A DNA stretch of 64,000 bases from Candidatus Latescibacterota bacterium (GTDB lineage Bacteria > Latescibacterota > UBA2968 > GCA-2709665), in contig OZ220733.1 of NCBI GenBank assembly GCA_965116875.1, positions 2,848,001 through 2,912,000 on the forward strand. The letters are read 5' to 3'. Position 1 is the first letter of the stretch; every line of letters starts with the position of its first letter. A program made the position numbers and the translations under genes. This document shows positions 62,405-64,000 of the stretch, in pieces. Under the pieces are notes generated by a model. That model saw only the letters and a list, made by a program, of their open reading frames with translations, did no database searches and was not told the origin of the DNA.

Positions 62405-63727
62405 ATGGGTTTCTACGCAGTATTCGGTCTGCTGTTGCGTCCATTGCACATCGCGATGTCTGTGGCCATACTTGCATTCCTTCTATTGCAGATTGGATTG
62501 ACTGACAACCGTCTAACACTGTCGATACCGGCATTTATCGGCATACTGTTTGGTAGAGTCGTACAAGAACTCCGAAACACACTGTTGTCATGGACTTTAC
62601 CAAACCTGCGCCGGCGACTCTTCTTTTCGCTGCTCCTTGCCGGTGTTGTCACGGCGTTTTTCCTGACGTGGATTTATACAACCGCTGGTGGTATCGCCCC
62701 CTGGTTCCCCATCTTCTCATCCATTCTCTTTTGGTACGGTTTGGGATTGACTTCGGGTACGCATCCGGTTTCGGCGACGATGTCAATGGACATCCGGCGA
62801 TATGGTCCAGGCCTTCTCATGGGGATCCTGTTCTTAACCGCGATGTATACGATCGATCGCATCATCGCCTTCTACACTGCCCAGCCCGTTCTGTGCGTCC
62901 TCCTGGCATTGACTGGCGCGTCGCTTTGCTTTTGTCGTTTCTTCAACGTCAATGTTGCCAGAACTAACGCACTTGGTCCGCTGACGCACGCGCAGAGCTT
63001 GAAGGGTGAATCCCGTCGTCAATGGCAACATATGGGGCCGTTCACGGGACTGTTTGACTGGATTCGTGCCGGCGAATACGAAAACTTTGGCTTCAAACGA
63101 ATAGGATGGCCGGCCAGAGCGACCTTCGTCCCGGCCATAGCCATTCTTGGCGCGTCAGCGTGCATCTTTTTTCTGACGGACGTGCCCGGTAAAGCCTTGC
63201 AACAGAACTCCGTAGCCTTCCAGCGTGTGCTGAACATAATCGTAACCGTTGTTCCCGCGATTTGCGCTTTGATGTATTGCCTGGACGAATGTCTTTTCCT
63301 CCAGAAGGGTTGGGTCTATCCCATCTCACGGATGCAATTCTCAAGACTGATCTACTGGAGTGGGCTCCTATATAGCGTCGTCTTTTTTGGTACCCTGTTA
63401 CTTGCCTTTCTGCTCAGGGACATTCTGATGGAACAATATGCCGGTTACGACTTTATCCGTCCCGTAACCCTTATGTCCATATTGATACCTTTCTTCTTGT
63501 GGTTGCGCCTGCGATATGGCCCACTGTTTTCTCCAAACATCCGGGGATCTGTGTCGTCTTTCGGTCTTTTAATAGGCATTTCGGTATTAAGTTGGTATTC
63601 GCACAAAACGGCTCCACAGATACCCGATCTCTATGAGTTCGCAGGATTCGCTGCTCTCATCTTTCTCTCCCAGTTCCTTTTTCGCTACAAAGTGAACATG
63701 CATTTCAAGACAGGCGATCTCGTCTGA
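62405..63727 (+). CDS. Polytopic membrane protein, tandem paralog
   Basis: Shares ELxxTLLSWxLPxLRRxLF, DWIRAGEYEN, GWxYPxSR and HFKxGDLV with the previous gene. Confidence 0.75.
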   Translation: MGFYAVFGLLLRPLHIAMSVAILAFLLLQIGLTDNRLTLSIPAFIGILFGRVVQELRNTLLSWTLPNLRRRLFFSLLLAGVVTAFFLTWIYTTAGGIAPWFPIFSSILFWYGLGLTSGTHPVSATMSMDIRRYGPGLLMGILFLTAMYTIDRIIAFYTAQPVLCVLLALTGASLCFCRFFNVNVARTNALGPLTHAQSLKGESRRQWQHMGPFTGLFDWIRAGEYENFGFKRIGWPARATFVPAIAILGASACIFFLTDVPGKALQQNSVAFQRVLNIIVTVVPAICALMYCLDECLFLQKGWVYPISRMQFSRLIYWSGLLYSVVFFGTLLLAFLLRDILMEQYAGYDFIRPVTLMSILIPFFLWLRLRYGPLFSPNIRGSVSSFGLLIGISVLSWYSHKTAPQIPDLYEFAGFAALIFLSQFLFRYKVNMHFKTGDLV

Positions 63728-63762
63728 TCTGTAGTGGAAGATAGAATGAATCCGAGGGTGCT

Positions 63763-64000
63763 CTACGGCAACGTGTCGAACTCACTCCAGACCGCGCCCG
63801 CCTTTCCTTCCTCGATGCTGCTGGCCGGCAGAAGGAAGTACAGCGCCTCGATCCGCTCTCTCGGTTTCATCCACCGGTCCAGGTTGCCCAGCAGGAAACA
63901 TCCGACCTCGCCCAGGGCGAACCCGGCGGCGCGGGCCCCCTCCCCGGTCGCGCTGAGGAACAACGCCTGTCCATCCTTCCCGACGATCCCGCCCCAGTGC
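63763..64000 (-). CDS. 3' end of a gene running off the window, function unknown
   Basis: Open frame from the window edge (..HWGGIVGKDGQALFLSATGE..) to a stop at 63763, with GC-rich codon usage. Confidence 0.5.
   Translation of the reverse strand, partial: HWGGIVGKDGQALFLSATGEGARAAGFALGEVGCFLLGNLDRWMKPRERIEALYFLLPASSIEEGKAGAVWSEFDTLP

Overview
Bacterial chromosomal window, mostly high-GC, in three blocks. (1) ~1-17.1 kb is a defence/toxin-antitoxin island. Its scaffold is a restriction-like DUF1156 methyltransferase plus a Swt1-HEPN/DUF499 ATPase; the expected SNF2 helicase is not in the window. Cargo includes HigB/HigA-ImmA, an ABC-type ATPase + small PD-(D/E)xK-like pair, a PHP-ATPase (Ppl-like), a Schlafen/AlbA_2 protein, DUF488, an orphan MNT, a decayed PemK module, a MITE and a retropepsin pair. 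It also holds an unannotated ~60-nt two-hairpin small RNA with a perfect TTGACA/TATAAT promoter next to a probable NYN-RNase gene relic. (2) ~17.2-54.1 kb is a glycan/uronate utilisation region with no SusC/D. It has five paralogous ~1100-1200 aa heparinase II/III-like + beta-propeller proteins (three near-identical in tandem, one frameshifted), a beta-helix/PKD protein, a secreted heparinase-fold protein, three DUF6785/6784-type membrane proteins, a sugar ABC transporter, a PhyH-family oxygenase, uxuA and a nitrilase. (3) ~54.2-64 kb has two GWxTD/TPR proteins, an enolase-superfamily enzyme and a YtrA-type GntR/ABC operon. The gene content resembles Latescibacterota/Poribacteria-type bacteria (inference only). 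No rRNA, tRNA or CRISPR array was seen. Family assignments come from motif recognition by eye, not database searches.
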